64,000 nt of DNA from Candidatus Terrybacteria bacterium RIFCSPHIGHO2_01_FULL_43_35 (GTDB taxonomy: Bacteria; Patescibacteriota; Minisyncoccia; Terrybacterales; GWB1-40-14), in assembly GCA_001822815.1 (NCBI GenBank), contig MHSR01000013.1:149093-213092 (forward strand). Reading direction: 5' to 3'. Positions 29,924-38,900 of the stretch are shown piece after piece; position 1 is the stretch's first letter, and each line of letters begins with the position of its first letter. A model generated the notes under the pieces. It made no database searches. It had not been told where the DNA came from and worked only from the letters and a program-made list of their open reading frames with translations. Both the position numbers and the translations under genes were made by a program.

Positions 29924-30511
29924 ATGTTGGGCGACAAACTCATAAATTTAACATCTATCGAAGCTCAAAATGGCATCCGTTTTGAATTGCTGACCCGTCT
30001 TGTTATTCGAGTGGGTATTGTTATAATTGCCATTTTGTCTGTTTTAATAATCTTCATGCTTACCAGTTTGATTTATATTACTACTTTGAAGGGCGGGGTT
30101 AGTGAGAACACAAAAACCTGGCGTATTTTAGGGCAGACAACCGAAAGTGATGAAGTCAAACAAAAAGTTAAAGCATCTGCAGATTTTATACGTTATGTGT
30201 CAAAGCTGTCCACCGACCCATTTAAGTGGAGTAGTACAATACGAGACGTAGTGGTTTCCCTGCCGCCAACCGTTTATTTAACCGCAATATCCGGCTCACA
30301 AGCGCAAAGGAATATAGTTATTAGCGGTTTTGCTCCGACCAGAGATGATGTTTTGCAATTGGAAGATATGCTTAAAAAACTTCCGTTTATAAGTCTGGTC
30401 GATTCACCCGATTCCAACGTTATCGCAGAAAAAAATATCACATTCCAATTCACTTTGATCCTGAATAATATACGGCAACAAGAAGAAAAAACCGATAAAA
30501 AAAGCAAGTAA
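29924..30511 (+). CDS. PilN-like bitopic membrane protein
   Basis: N-terminal TM helix, size and position. Confidence 0.5.
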   Translation: MLGDKLINLTSIEAQNGIRFELLTRLVIRVGIVIIAILSVLIIFMLTSLIYITTLKGGVSENTKTWRILGQTTESDEVKQKVKASADFIRYVSKLSTDPFKWSSTIRDVVVSLPPTVYLTAISGSQAQRNIVISGFAPTRDDVLQLEDMLKKLPFISLVDSPDSNVIAEKNITFQFTLILNNIRQQEEKTDKKSK

Positions 30512-30525
30512 TACCATCGTTTTGT

Positions 30526-31077
30526 ATGAATAAATACCGTTCGCCAAAACAAAAATTCACGATCGCTCTTGTCGTTTGCGGCACGCTTGTAGTTGCAGTT
30601 GTAGGTTTAATAATTGCACCGTTGTTTATACAAGTTGTCTCCAATTCTGCAAAATTGAAGGCTGGCATGCTGGAACAGGTTAATGAGCAGGCGAAATTTG
30701 TCGCAGCGCAGGAAACTACGCAAGACTTATTGAAAATCAGCCCCCAAATAGATAAAATCGAGACATTTTTTCTGGCAGACGATTTGCGTGATTTAAGTAA
30801 TACTCTGAATGCTATAGAAAACCTGGCGCAGATCTACAATATAGATCTTAAGAAACAGCCGACTGGAGCCACCAAAGAAAGCAAGGGTTTTTCTTTGGTA
30901 GTTCGTGGTACCTTCCCAAACATCATGAATTTTATTATGCGGCTTGAACAATTCCCGAAGTTTAGCAAAATAGAGGGTTTTAGTTTGGCCACACAGCGCG
31001 TTGCCGAAGGCAGCAACATTACGCAAGAGCTGTCAGGCAGCATATCATTCGTTATTTATTTATCGCCAAATAACTAA
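30526..31077 (+). CDS. PilO-like bitopic membrane protein
   Basis: N-terminal TM helix, coiled-coil, position. Confidence 0.45.
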   Translation: MNKYRSPKQKFTIALVVCGTLVVAVVGLIIAPLFIQVVSNSAKLKAGMLEQVNEQAKFVAAQETTQDLLKISPQIDKIETFFLADDLRDLSNTLNAIENLAQIYNIDLKKQPTGATKESKGFSLVVRGTFPNIMNFIMRLEQFPKFSKIEGFSLATQRVAEGSNITQELSGSISFVIYLSPNN

Positions 31078-31083
31078 ACCGCA

Positions 31084-31395
31084 ATGTATCAAATAAAACT
31101 GCCAAGAAAAATATCTTTGCCGCGCGAACGCTTAGTTGGAATTTTTGTTAACCATATAGGTGAATTTTTCATACTTCTATTATTTATTGTTTTCGCAGCG
31201 GGCGGTTATATTTTTTGGAAATACGCCTGGATAGTATCTAATTTTCAACCTAAGCCCCAGATCCTTTCCAGCGCGATACCCCAAAAAAGCCTTGATGAAA
31301 TCCTGCAACATATAGAGCAAAGAGAAAAAGATTTCAAATCTCTGTTACCAGCTTTAAGCATACGAGATCCTTTCCAAGAAACAGTCCCGCATTAA
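31084..31395 (+). CDS. small membrane protein (possible PilP-like)
   Basis: single TM; operon position only. Confidence 0.3.
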   Translation: MYQIKLPRKISLPRERLVGIFVNHIGEFFILLLFIVFAAGGYIFWKYAWIVSNFQPKPQILSSAIPQKSLDEILQHIEQREKDFKSLLPALSIRDPFQETVPH

Positions 31396-31416
31396 TATTT
31401 TATAAAATTCCAATAT

Positions 31417-31950
31417 ATGAGCACAAATTTTTTTGATTATCCGACTATTGTTTCGTGGATCAAAAGCGAAGGGCCGGTTATAATTGCAACGATTATAAGT
31501 CTATTTTTAGGTTATAAATTTACTGTAGTTGTTTTTTCTCGTCTGGTGCACGTGATCACGAAAACTATGAGCGAGGGAACGCGTCAGAAAACCGAAACTA
31601 TTTTTACGCACATTTTTGTAAATTTAAGTCGAGTAGGATTTTTTATCTTGACCGCAATTTATTTGTTGTCCAAGGCGGGTATAGATATAGGTCCTATCGC
31701 CGCTGGCTTGGGCATAGGCGGCTTGGCTCTGGGTTTTGCGGCACAGATACTTGTGCGCGATATAATTTCTGGCATGGTCTTGCTTGGCGAAAACCGGTTT
31801 AAAAAAGGAGACAAAATTTCTCTTCCTGGGTTGGTAGAGGGGATAGTTGAGGATTTTGATTTGCGCGGCGTCACCCTAAAAAGCGAAGCTGGGGAGCGAC
31901 ATTTCGTGCCATTTGGCGAAATAAGGACTATTACGAAAATTAAAAATTAA
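31417..31950 (+). CDS. mechanosensitive ion channel family protein (MscS-like, short)
   Basis: LGIGGLALGFAAQILVRDIISGMVLLGENRFKKGDKI...MscS signature. Confidence 0.7.
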   Translation: MSTNFFDYPTIVSWIKSEGPVIIATIISLFLGYKFTVVVFSRLVHVITKTMSEGTRQKTETIFTHIFVNLSRVGFFILTAIYLLSKAGIDIGPIAAGLGIGGLALGFAAQILVRDIISGMVLLGENRFKKGDKISLPGLVEGIVEDFDLRGVTLKSEAGERHFVPFGEIRTITKIKN

Positions 31951-31982
31951 AAAGTAAAAAGTCAAAGCTCAAAAGTATTGAA

Positions 31983-32009
31983 ATTCGCTCCGACGATATC
32001 GGAGCGAAT
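31983..32009 (+). terminator. terminator hairpin
   Basis: attcgctccgacgatatcggagcgaat. Confidence 0.5.
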
Positions 32010-32060
32010 AACCAAAATTTTACATTTTTAGCCTTTCATTTTACATTTAGTTTGTGCTTT

Positions 32061-32132
32061 GCCCCTATAGCTCAACGGATAGAGCAGCGCTCTTCTAAGG
32101 CGTTGATCCGGGTTCGATTCCTGGTAGGGGCG
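32061..32132 (+). tRNA. tRNA-Arg (anticodon UCU), no encoded CCA
   Basis: manual cloverleaf: GCCCCTA acceptor, D stem GCTC/GAGC, anticodon loop CTTCTAA, T arm CCGGG-TTCGATT-CCTGG. Confidence 0.8.
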
Positions 32133-32150
32133 CATTTGTTAATTTAAAAA

Positions 32151-32501
32151 TTGTATATTATGAACGAAAAACCTTTTAAGCCTTTTAGTACAGAGGCGGG
32201 TTCGGAAAATCCTATTGATAAAGAAACGGCTATTATTTTGGCAAAGCTAGCAGGGGAGCGGATTGATGAAGAAACGCTTAGTCTAATACGCAATCGTTTG
32301 GCAACGCGCTTGGAAGATGCCTGGACGAAGCCCGGCGACTTGTATTCGCCTCGTCCAGATATTTTGGATAAATTACGGTTAGGCCAGAAAATTAAAATGG
32401 ATCGCGAAATTCAACTTTTTATTGCACAGCTTCTGCAGGATTACCGCCTTACTCCAGATGAGCGCGATCTGGTAAAGGGAAAAATTCTGGAAGTAGAATA
32501 G
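32151..32501 (+). CDS. hypothetical protein
   Basis: ORF only. Confidence 0.35.
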   Translation: MYIMNEKPFKPFSTEAGSENPIDKETAIILAKLAGERIDEETLSLIRNRLATRLEDAWTKPGDLYSPRPDILDKLRLGQKIKMDREIQLFIAQLLQDYRLTPDERDLVKGKILEVE

Positions 32502-32695
32502 TCCACTTAAATCATGATTAGAAAAATAAAAAGTAAATACGTAGTTTTGAGCGAAACCACTGGGCGTCAATTCGGAGCTTACAATACCCTTAGCGAGGCA
32601 AAAAAGCGCTTGGCGCAGATAGAATTTTTAAACATATGAAATCTTCGCCCAAGCTGCGCGCCAAATTGCGCAAAAGAAGTTTAGCCAAATAATTT

Positions 32696-33139
32696 ATGGA
32701 AAAAGAACGGTTTATGCCACAAGAAACAGCGCCGCCGGATGATAAAACTCCTGCGCAAAATATAACATTTGAATCTAGTCATTCATCTGGTCCTGGAGGC
32801 CAGAATGTCAATAAGCGTGAAACCAAAGTGCGAGCGCGCTGGAATTTTGAAAATGATCCCGCGCTCACCGAAGATCAGAAGCAACGGATACGCAGCGCTT
32901 ACCCAGGTAGAGTGACCGAAGCCGGTGAGCTTATCGTTGAGTCGCAATCGGAACGGAGCCGCGACGCCAACCAGCGCAAAGCTGCAGCTCGTTTACTCGA
33001 TTTAATCGCCAGAGCATTAGAAGTTGCTCCGGAACGGCAAGAAACAAAAGTTCCGTTTTCCGCAAAGCGAGCTCGTTTAGAGGAAAAGCATCATACTGCA
33101 GCAAAGAAAGAGTTGCGCAAGAAGGTTGACGAGTGGTAG
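32696..33139 (+). CDS. arfB: alternative ribosome-rescue factor ArfB (peptidyl-tRNA hydrolase, RF-1 domain)
   Basis: GGQ motif (SSGPGGQNVNKRETKV), short length with basic C-terminal tail. Confidence 0.8.
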   Translation: MEKERFMPQETAPPDDKTPAQNITFESSHSSGPGGQNVNKRETKVRARWNFENDPALTEDQKQRIRSAYPGRVTEAGELIVESQSERSRDANQRKAAARLLDLIARALEVAPERQETKVPFSAKRARLEEKHHTAAKKELRKKVDEW

Positions 33140-33170
33140 AATTTTTAAATTGAATTTAAGGCGGCAGGGG

Positions 33171-33242
33171 GGTGCCTATAGTTTAATGGTAAAACTCCGC
33201 TCTGTGGCAGCGGTGACAAGGGTCCGATTCCCTTTAGGCACC
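33171..33242 (+). tRNA. tRNA-His (anticodon GUG) with encoded G-1, no CCA
   Basis: G-1 + GTGCCTA acceptor pairing TAGGCAC-C73; anticodon stem CCGCT/AGCGG loop CTGTGGC; T arm AAGGG-TCCGATT-CCCTT. Confidence 0.8.
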
Positions 33243-33299
33243 CCTCTGCCGCTTTTTCATTGCAAAAGGAAATCGAAACAAAGAGAATTTTATGGCATA

Positions 33300-34070
33300 A
33301 TGGAACCATGGGATTTAAATCTTCATTTTGTGAACAATAAAAATCTTTTAATAATTGGTCTCGTTGTTCTTGTCGGAGCAGGATTTGTTATTGGCGCTTT
33401 GTGGTTGTTGGGTAAAAAAACATCGACCGCAACGCTTCCGCCGCCAGCGGCAGAGCGTGAAGCACCCGCTCCAGAACAAACATCTGAAGCAGGTAACGTT
33501 GAAGATTCAGCCCAAACTCCGGTAGAAGTTGCATCTACGCAGTTGCCGCCAGCCACCGCGCCAGCCCCAGTACCTCCTCCGGCAACAGTTCCTCCGCCCC
33601 CAACCCCGCCACTACAGGCGCCAATGGTAATATCCAGCTCCGCGTTTGGACAAAACCAAAATATTCCTGCTCAATACACGTGTGATAGTCAAGACATCAA
33701 CCCGCCTTTAAGCATGGGGAATGCACCTGCAGAAACTCAAAGTTTAGCCCTCATTATGGATGATCTGGACGGGCCGGGTGGTACTACAACGCACTGGTTA
33801 TTGTGGAACATTAACTCTGCGGTTTTAAGTATTTCTGCAAATAGTGTCCCGGCCGGCGCGCAACAAGGAACTAATTATGACGGTAAAGTAAAATATGCGG
33901 GTCCTTGTCCTCCACTAGATGATCCCAAGCACCGCTATATATTTAAGTTATATGCGCTTGATATAAGCTTGTCGCTTCAATCCGGAGCTTCTAAAAGTGC
34001 GCTAGAGGGGGCCATGAACGGACATATCTTGGCACAGGCGCAACTCACCGGTCTTTATGGTTATCATTAA
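33300..34070 (+). CDS. YbhB/YbcL-family PEBP (Raf-kinase-inhibitor-like) protein, membrane-anchored with Pro-rich linker
   Basis: HWLLWNI...GPCPP...HRYIFKLYALD PEBP motifs; ORF track start 33126 (TTG) would overlap tRNA-His, so Met 33300 preferred. Confidence 0.7.
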   Translation: MEPWDLNLHFVNNKNLLIIGLVVLVGAGFVIGALWLLGKKTSTATLPPPAAEREAPAPEQTSEAGNVEDSAQTPVEVASTQLPPATAPAPVPPPATVPPPPTPPLQAPMVISSSAFGQNQNIPAQYTCDSQDINPPLSMGNAPAETQSLALIMDDLDGPGGTTTHWLLWNINSAVLSISANSVPAGAQQGTNYDGKVKYAGPCPPLDDPKHRYIFKLYALDISLSLQSGASKSALEGAMNGHILAQAQLTGLYGYH

Positions 34071-34198
34071 TAGCTGACTGTTCCTGACCCACCTATGCCG
34101 CTTTTTATTTTGGTATTAAACTCGATGAAACCACTCTTGCCCTTGAGGCGGACGCTATTATATACTTAAAAGCAGTTCTTAAAAATAAGGAGAGTTTA

Positions 34199-34546
34199 AT
34201 GGAAGCTTCAAAAGCGCTTGGTGATGTTGTTGTAAAAAAACATGCAGATATTTCAGACACGGGCGCCCCGATTTATGCCAAAAATGCCGACAGACACTAT
34301 AAAGTCATTCAGCTTCAAGACGGCGGTCTGATTATTGAGATAACCCAAAGCCGCCCAAGCGGCTGGCAAAAGAAGGTGAGTTATGAATATGGTTCATGTC
34401 CTGGTGAAGGATGTTGGCATGGACGAGTATATGTTAAAAACACGCGCGGAATGGTGAGAGCAGAACCGTTTATTCCTACTAAAGCGCAATTGAAATGGCT
34501 TATACGACTTATTCTAAATCTTGCCTGGAGCACGCAAAAGAACTAA
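34199..34546 (+). CDS. hypothetical protein
   Basis: ORF with RBS aaggagag upstream. Confidence 0.35.
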   Translation: MEASKALGDVVVKKHADISDTGAPIYAKNADRHYKVIQLQDGGLIIEITQSRPSGWQKKVSYEYGSCPGEGCWHGRVYVKNTRGMVRAEPFIPTKAQLKWLIRLILNLAWSTQKN

Positions 34547-34654
34547 TTTTATAGCCGTCTTTGAAACCAAAGACGGTTTTTGATTGTAATACTAAGAAAT
34601 ACATGAAGATACAAAAAGATTTGTGCTAAAATGTTGTGGTATATGATTATAATA

Positions 34655-34905
34655 GCCGCAAACGCCGGCACACCGTACATTTTTTATCGAGAGACCGAGA
34701 CACGTTGGTTCCCAACGCTTTCCGAAAGTAGTTCGAAACCGAAATCCCTTGCCACAAACTGTGATCGGGCCGGGTAGCGCTCACGTGCGACCGGTATGCG
34801 TTGACGACCGTAAGTAAGACTACCGGTTGAGCGCCGTATTCAAGACAAAAACTTCCCGCAATGGTGAGTTTTTGTTTGTGGTGCGAAAGAGGGATTTGAA
34901 GTAGC
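34655..34905 (+). ncRNA. candidate structured cis-regulatory RNA (riboswitch-like leader, class unassigned) with terminator-like hairpin 34846-34873
   Basis: GC-rich, hairpin-dense ~250 nt between a TATAAT box (34648) and start of membrane-protein gene; hairpins cgttgg/ccaacg, gcgctca...tgagcgc with nested accggt stems; aaaaact..agttttt + T tract. Confidence 0.4.
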
Positions 34906-34922
34906 CATGTTATAATCACTTC

Positions 34923-35492
34923 ATGGATATGGTTCAGTATAAAAAGAAACTTCAACGCGACGTTTTCATTTTGTTATTGAGCGTTGTCGTTGCAGTGTTG
35001 CTTGTTGTTAGTGGAAGCATCCATTCTATTTCCGACAACCTGGGCGAATGGGGGCTCATCGGCGTTTTTCTGGCCGGTATGGGGTTCTCTTCCGCCTTCT
35101 TCGCCGCACCCGCAACCATCTTCATCTTCGCGTTTGCGCAGAACCCTTTCCCCTTTTGGCTTGTTGCGATTGTGGCAGCAATTGGTGCGATGCTGGGGGA
35201 TTTGCTTATTTTTCGCTTCCTGCGCGATGGTCTAGCCGACGACTTTCGTTATCTTGTTGAGCAAGCCGGCAAAAACGAACGAATGCGGCACATTTTTCGT
35301 TCGCAGCTCTTCTATTGGTTCGGCTCGTTCATTGCCGCCCTGGTGATCGCCTCTCCCTTGCCGGATGAGATTGGTCTTGCTATGTTCGGCGTTCTTCGTT
35401 TCGATACGAAACGCTTCTTGCCGATCTCGTTCGCTCTTAATTTCTTGGGTATTCTCGTCATCACGCTTCTCGCACAAATTCCAGGTAATTAG
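34923..35492 (+). CDS. small polytopic membrane protein (family unassigned)
   Basis: 4-5 TM helices; paralogous to frameshifted remnant at 38551-38900. Confidence 0.5.
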   Translation: MDMVQYKKKLQRDVFILLLSVVVAVLLVVSGSIHSISDNLGEWGLIGVFLAGMGFSSAFFAAPATIFIFAFAQNPFPFWLVAIVAAIGAMLGDLLIFRFLRDGLADDFRYLVEQAGKNERMRHIFRSQLFYWFGSFIAALVIASPLPDEIGLAMFGVLRFDTKRFLPISFALNFLGILVITLLAQIPGN

Positions 35493-35501
35493 TCCAGAAA
35501 T

Positions 35502-36773
35502 ATGGTCGTTTCTTTGGCGGTGCTTATTTTTGTGCTCGGGTACCTCGTCATTTCATTGGCGTATTTCTTACGTGTTGATAAATCAGCAGTCGCCCTTCTT
35601 ATCGGGGGCGTTCTCTGGGTTCTCATAGCCGCTACGTTGCCGCACGATGCGATCGGCAGTGCGCTTGCCGAGGCTGGGAGCGATATTTTCTCAATTATCG
35701 TGTTTCTTTTGGGAGCAATGACGCTTGTTGAAATCCTCACGCATTATCGCATTTTTGATCTGATTCGGGTTCGTCTGTTCGCGCTTCACGTTTCCGATCG
35801 TGCGCAGTTTTGGATCATTGGGATTTTAACATTCTGTCTAAGCCCTATACTTGATAATCTGACAACAACTATTGTGATGGCGCAGGTTGCTCAGAGGTTC
35901 TTTCGCGGACAGAATCTCCTCCTTGCCATTGCCGCAATAGTGGTAAGCGCAAATGCCGGTGGCGCCTTTTCGCCGATCGGCGACGTCACCACACTCATGT
36001 TGTGGTTGGCAGGAAAATTCTCTGCCCTGGAAGTCATTTCGCAGCTTTTCTTTCCCTCACTCTTCCTTTTTCTTGTAAGCAATTGGTTGCTCGCGCGACG
36101 TCTTCAGGCAGACACACAGGATGTTGAGGAAGAAACGCAGGTATCGTTTTCTCTTTCTGAAAAAATCATCTGTGGGTTTGTCTTTCTAGCCTTTACCATG
36201 CCGTTTTTCTTCAGCCAGCTCGGGTTGCCCCCGTATCTTGGGATCATTACAGGGCTTGCATTCGTCTGGTTCGTTGGTGATGTGTTTAAAATCGTCGTAC
36301 CGCAGCCAAGCCATCTATCCGTAGATATCAATCGTTTCCTGCAGAAAACCGATATCGCGACGCTCAAATTTTTCATTGGTATTTTGCTTGCGGTCAGTGC
36401 GTTAGCGCACCTGGGCATTCTTGCGCATGCTTCTGAGGCCATGTTTGGCAATGCTCCAACCGAAGGTAGGTTGATCGCGGGAAGCGTAGTTTTGGGCATA
36501 CTCTCTGCGGTCGTGGATAACGTACCACTTACGGCCGCGGCAATCGATATCTTACATACTACGAACTCTGCCATTTGGAGTCTTTTAGCGCTTGCGGTTG
36601 GGACCGGCGGGTCGCTGTTGATCATTGGCTCTGCTGCGGGCATTGTGGCAATGGGTACGGCTCAAGAAATGACCTTTTTTCGCTATTTGCGTATCGCCAC
36701 CGTGCCAGCGTTCATAGGATACGTTGCGGCTATCGTCACCTGGTTTATCCAGTTTAGATTATTTTTTGCTTAG
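35502..36773 (+). CDS. ArsB/NhaD-superfamily permease (Na+/H+ antiporter NhaD-like)
   Basis: ~12 TM, size and hydrophobic repeat organisation typical of NhaD/CitMHS transporters. Confidence 0.6.
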   Translation: MVVSLAVLIFVLGYLVISLAYFLRVDKSAVALLIGGVLWVLIAATLPHDAIGSALAEAGSDIFSIIVFLLGAMTLVEILTHYRIFDLIRVRLFALHVSDRAQFWIIGILTFCLSPILDNLTTTIVMAQVAQRFFRGQNLLLAIAAIVVSANAGGAFSPIGDVTTLMLWLAGKFSALEVISQLFFPSLFLFLVSNWLLARRLQADTQDVEEETQVSFSLSEKIICGFVFLAFTMPFFFSQLGLPPYLGIITGLAFVWFVGDVFKIVVPQPSHLSVDINRFLQKTDIATLKFFIGILLAVSALAHLGILAHASEAMFGNAPTEGRLIAGSVVLGILSAVVDNVPLTAAAIDILHTTNSAIWSLLALAVGTGGSLLIIGSAAGIVAMGTAQEMTFFRYLRIATVPAFIGYVAAIVTWFIQFRLFFA

Positions 36774-37140
36774 TTAATTGGTTTGGTAATGCGGAAACAG
36801 GTCTCGAGGATCTGGTCCTTCGCACCGCGTGATTTATTATCAAAAAAGTATTATACTGGCTAATATTATGACTTTTCTCAATCCAATTCTGTTGAGCAGG
36901 ATAATATACTTATTGGGTTTATCTAATCTAATCGGCCTATTTCTGGTATTCTTCTCCTGCCGATGTCTCCCTGGCATGCGCTGGCTGAGACCATTGTGGC
37001 AAACAAGGTGGTATCAGAAATTTTATCGCCTACACTGCTGGTACTGGTATTTTTTCTTCATTTCGGTTTTCTTGCACGCCATTCTCGCCATTTACTTTTA
37101 TGGCAATCCGTTTTTGAGCACCAACTAATTAAAAAATACC

Positions 37141-37419
37141 ATGGGCCTATTTAACAATCCGCCGCAAGGCGTAACTAAAGAAGAATTCCGGCGCATCATG
37201 AATGGAACACACAATCTTCCACAAGAAGCCAGAAAACGCCTAGAAGATTTGGGCGAGGCTTATTTTACGCGTCAGGGTATTTATAATCGCATAAGAAAAG
37301 AAGATTTTGAACAATTTATGAAAGGGGCTAAAGATATGCTACCGCCTGGTTATCACGATAAGATGAAAGAGATGGGCGCCAAACTTCAAGCGGCCTTGCG
37401 GGGGCATTACGGCTCTTAA
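37141..37419 (+). CDS. hypothetical protein
   Basis: ORF only. Confidence 0.35.
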   Translation: MGLFNNPPQGVTKEEFRRIMNGTHNLPQEARKRLEDLGEAYFTRQGIYNRIRKEDFEQFMKGAKDMLPPGYHDKMKEMGAKLQAALRGHYGS

Positions 37420-37481
37420 CTTTATTAACAAAAAGCGCAAGGAAATAAGATTTGTTATAAAATGTAATGTAGGATCAATAG

Positions 37482-37509
37482 AAATCCCGACTTTGTTGAG
37501 TCGGGATTT
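37482..37509. terminator. bidirectional terminator hairpin
   Basis: aaatcccgactttgttgagtcgggattt. Confidence 0.55.
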
Positions 37510-37512
37510 TGT

Positions 37513-38406
37513 TTATAGCTTCCAGATATACCATAGACCTGGGGCAGTAAGAGTTTTTACAGCTTCATCCAAGTCTTCTAGGAGCGAAGCGTTAGCTCGC
37601 ATGCCACCCAAGAAGTTTTCAAGAAAAGATTGTTTCGATGCCAATTGGACAAAAGAGATCTGATCTTTTGTCAGGCCCGAGTTTTTGGTCTTGGCATATT
37701 CAATCATGGCGTCACGGGCAGTATCAAAAGAGCCGATCTGGTCCACTAAACCAAGTTGCCTTGCGTGTTCGGCGCTGAAAACTTTTCCGGTTGTGATTTC
37801 GGGCCAAGATGCTTCGGTGATGGCAGTGCGGCGGCTGGATACGATTGTGACGAATCTTTTCATGGCCGGCTCAATGATTTCATTGAGCAGGTATTTGCGA
37901 TCTTCATCCGTTAATGGGCGGTACATGGATGTAGTATCTTTGAGCGATCCAGTGGTGAGCGATTCCATCTTAACGCCTAATTTCGCAAGAGCTTCGGAAA
38001 CATCCATTCGCTGAAGAATGACGCCCACGGATCCAACGATAGCTGATTTTGCGGCAACAATGTTGTCTGCGCCTACAGCCGCCATGTAGGAGCCAGATGC
38101 TCCCAAGTTCTCTATATAGGCAACAACGGGCATTTTCTGGCGTATACGGCTGATTTCGTTGAAGATATCTTCGCTGGCGCTTGCCATGCCGCCTGGTGAA
38201 TTAATGCGGAGAAGTACGCCACAGGCAAGAGGATCATGTCGTATACGCTTTCCTAATACCTCAAAATGCCGCGCGCTCGTTTGGCGCGCGCCTCCTCGGA
38301 GCGGGCTTGGAGCGGCACCTTCATCCACAATGACGCCTTTAATGGGAACGATAAAGACCTTGTGCGGACCGTGGCCGCCAACCATAACTTCTATAAGCTG
38401 CGACAT
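37513..38406 (-). CDS. sppA: signal peptide peptidase SppA (S49 family, 36K type)
   Basis: ClpP/crotonase-fold S49 motifs (VAYIENLGASGSYMAAVGADNIVA), N-terminal anchor. Confidence 0.8.
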   Translation of the reverse strand: MSQLIEVMVGGHGPHKVFIVPIKGVIVDEGAAPSPLRGGARQTSARHFEVLGKRIRHDPLACGVLLRINSPGGMASASEDIFNEISRIRQKMPVVAYIENLGASGSYMAAVGADNIVAAKSAIVGSVGVILQRMDVSEALAKLGVKMESLTTGSLKDTTSMYRPLTDEDRKYLLNEIIEPAMKRFVTIVSSRRTAITEASWPEITTGKVFSAEHARQLGLVDQIGSFDTARDAMIEYAKTKNSGLTKDQISFVQLASKQSFLENFLGGMRANASLLEDLDEAVKTLTAPGLWYIWKL

Positions 38407-38550
38407 TTATTCTCCTTTTTAGCCTTTTTCAAAATTCATTTGGTATTAGTTTACCGCAAATATGGCCAGTAAAGCAAGATTGCCCTCACGGATAGAGACC
38501 GTTTGCGGCAAAAGGTTGCTTAAAAAGTCGCGTTTCGGCATAATAAAATA

Positions 38551-38900
38551 ATGCAATTATTTAAGGGTTACACTCGACTTCAAAAACTTGAAAAAGATTT
38601 ATTTCTTTTGTTTGTCGGAGTTGTTTTTGCCGTAGTTTTAATCGCCAGCGGCTTTATAAACCAGTTGGCAGTAATTCTTAACGGATGGGGCCTGATAGGC
38701 GTTTTTATTACGGGGATTGGTTTTTCTACTGGTTAAGTTCTTTTCTAGCCGCCGCGATAATAGCCTCGCCCCTTCCAGACGAATTGGGGCTTATGATTCT
38801 TGGGTTTATCCATTTCAACACCAAAAAATTCTTGCCCATTGCCTTTGTTCTTAATTTTTTAGGCATATTGGCGATAACCTTATTTGCACAAATTAAATAA
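38551..38900 (+). pseudogene. frameshifted/internally deleted paralog of membrane-protein gene 34923..35492
   Basis: two ORF pieces (38551-38736, 38685-38900) in different frames align to N- and C-terminal parts of the 189-aa protein (GWGLIGVF..GxGFS; IASPLPDExGL...NFLGIL..TL.AQI). Confidence 0.6.

Noticed and set aside
33126-33299. TTG-initiated N-terminal extension of the PEBP-family ORF
   Set aside because: The extension would fully overlap tRNA-His (33171-33242) and translates the tRNA and a palindrome. A Met with a TM segment follows at 33300.
34640-34920. Assignment of the structured leader to a specific riboswitch class (c-di-GMP-I, cobalamin, Mn2+, ydaO)
   Set aside because: Only loose fragments (GGTAGCG...ACCGGTA, GCCACAAACTG) resemble those consensus motifs. 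The defining conserved boxes are absent, so the class is left unassigned.
34647-34955. 102-aa ORF on the minus strand inside the GC-rich structured region
   Set aside because: The ORF has no domain features and odd composition. It coincides with a hairpin-dense region preceded by a TATAAT box and followed by a terminator-like stem on the plus strand, so I read it as a structured RNA leader.
36829-37154. Small ORFs 36829-37128 and 36963-37154 downstream of the NhaD-like gene
   Set aside because: They are short, overlapping, with odd Trp/Tyr/Phe-rich composition and no start context. They are more likely non-coding spacer, so they are not called.
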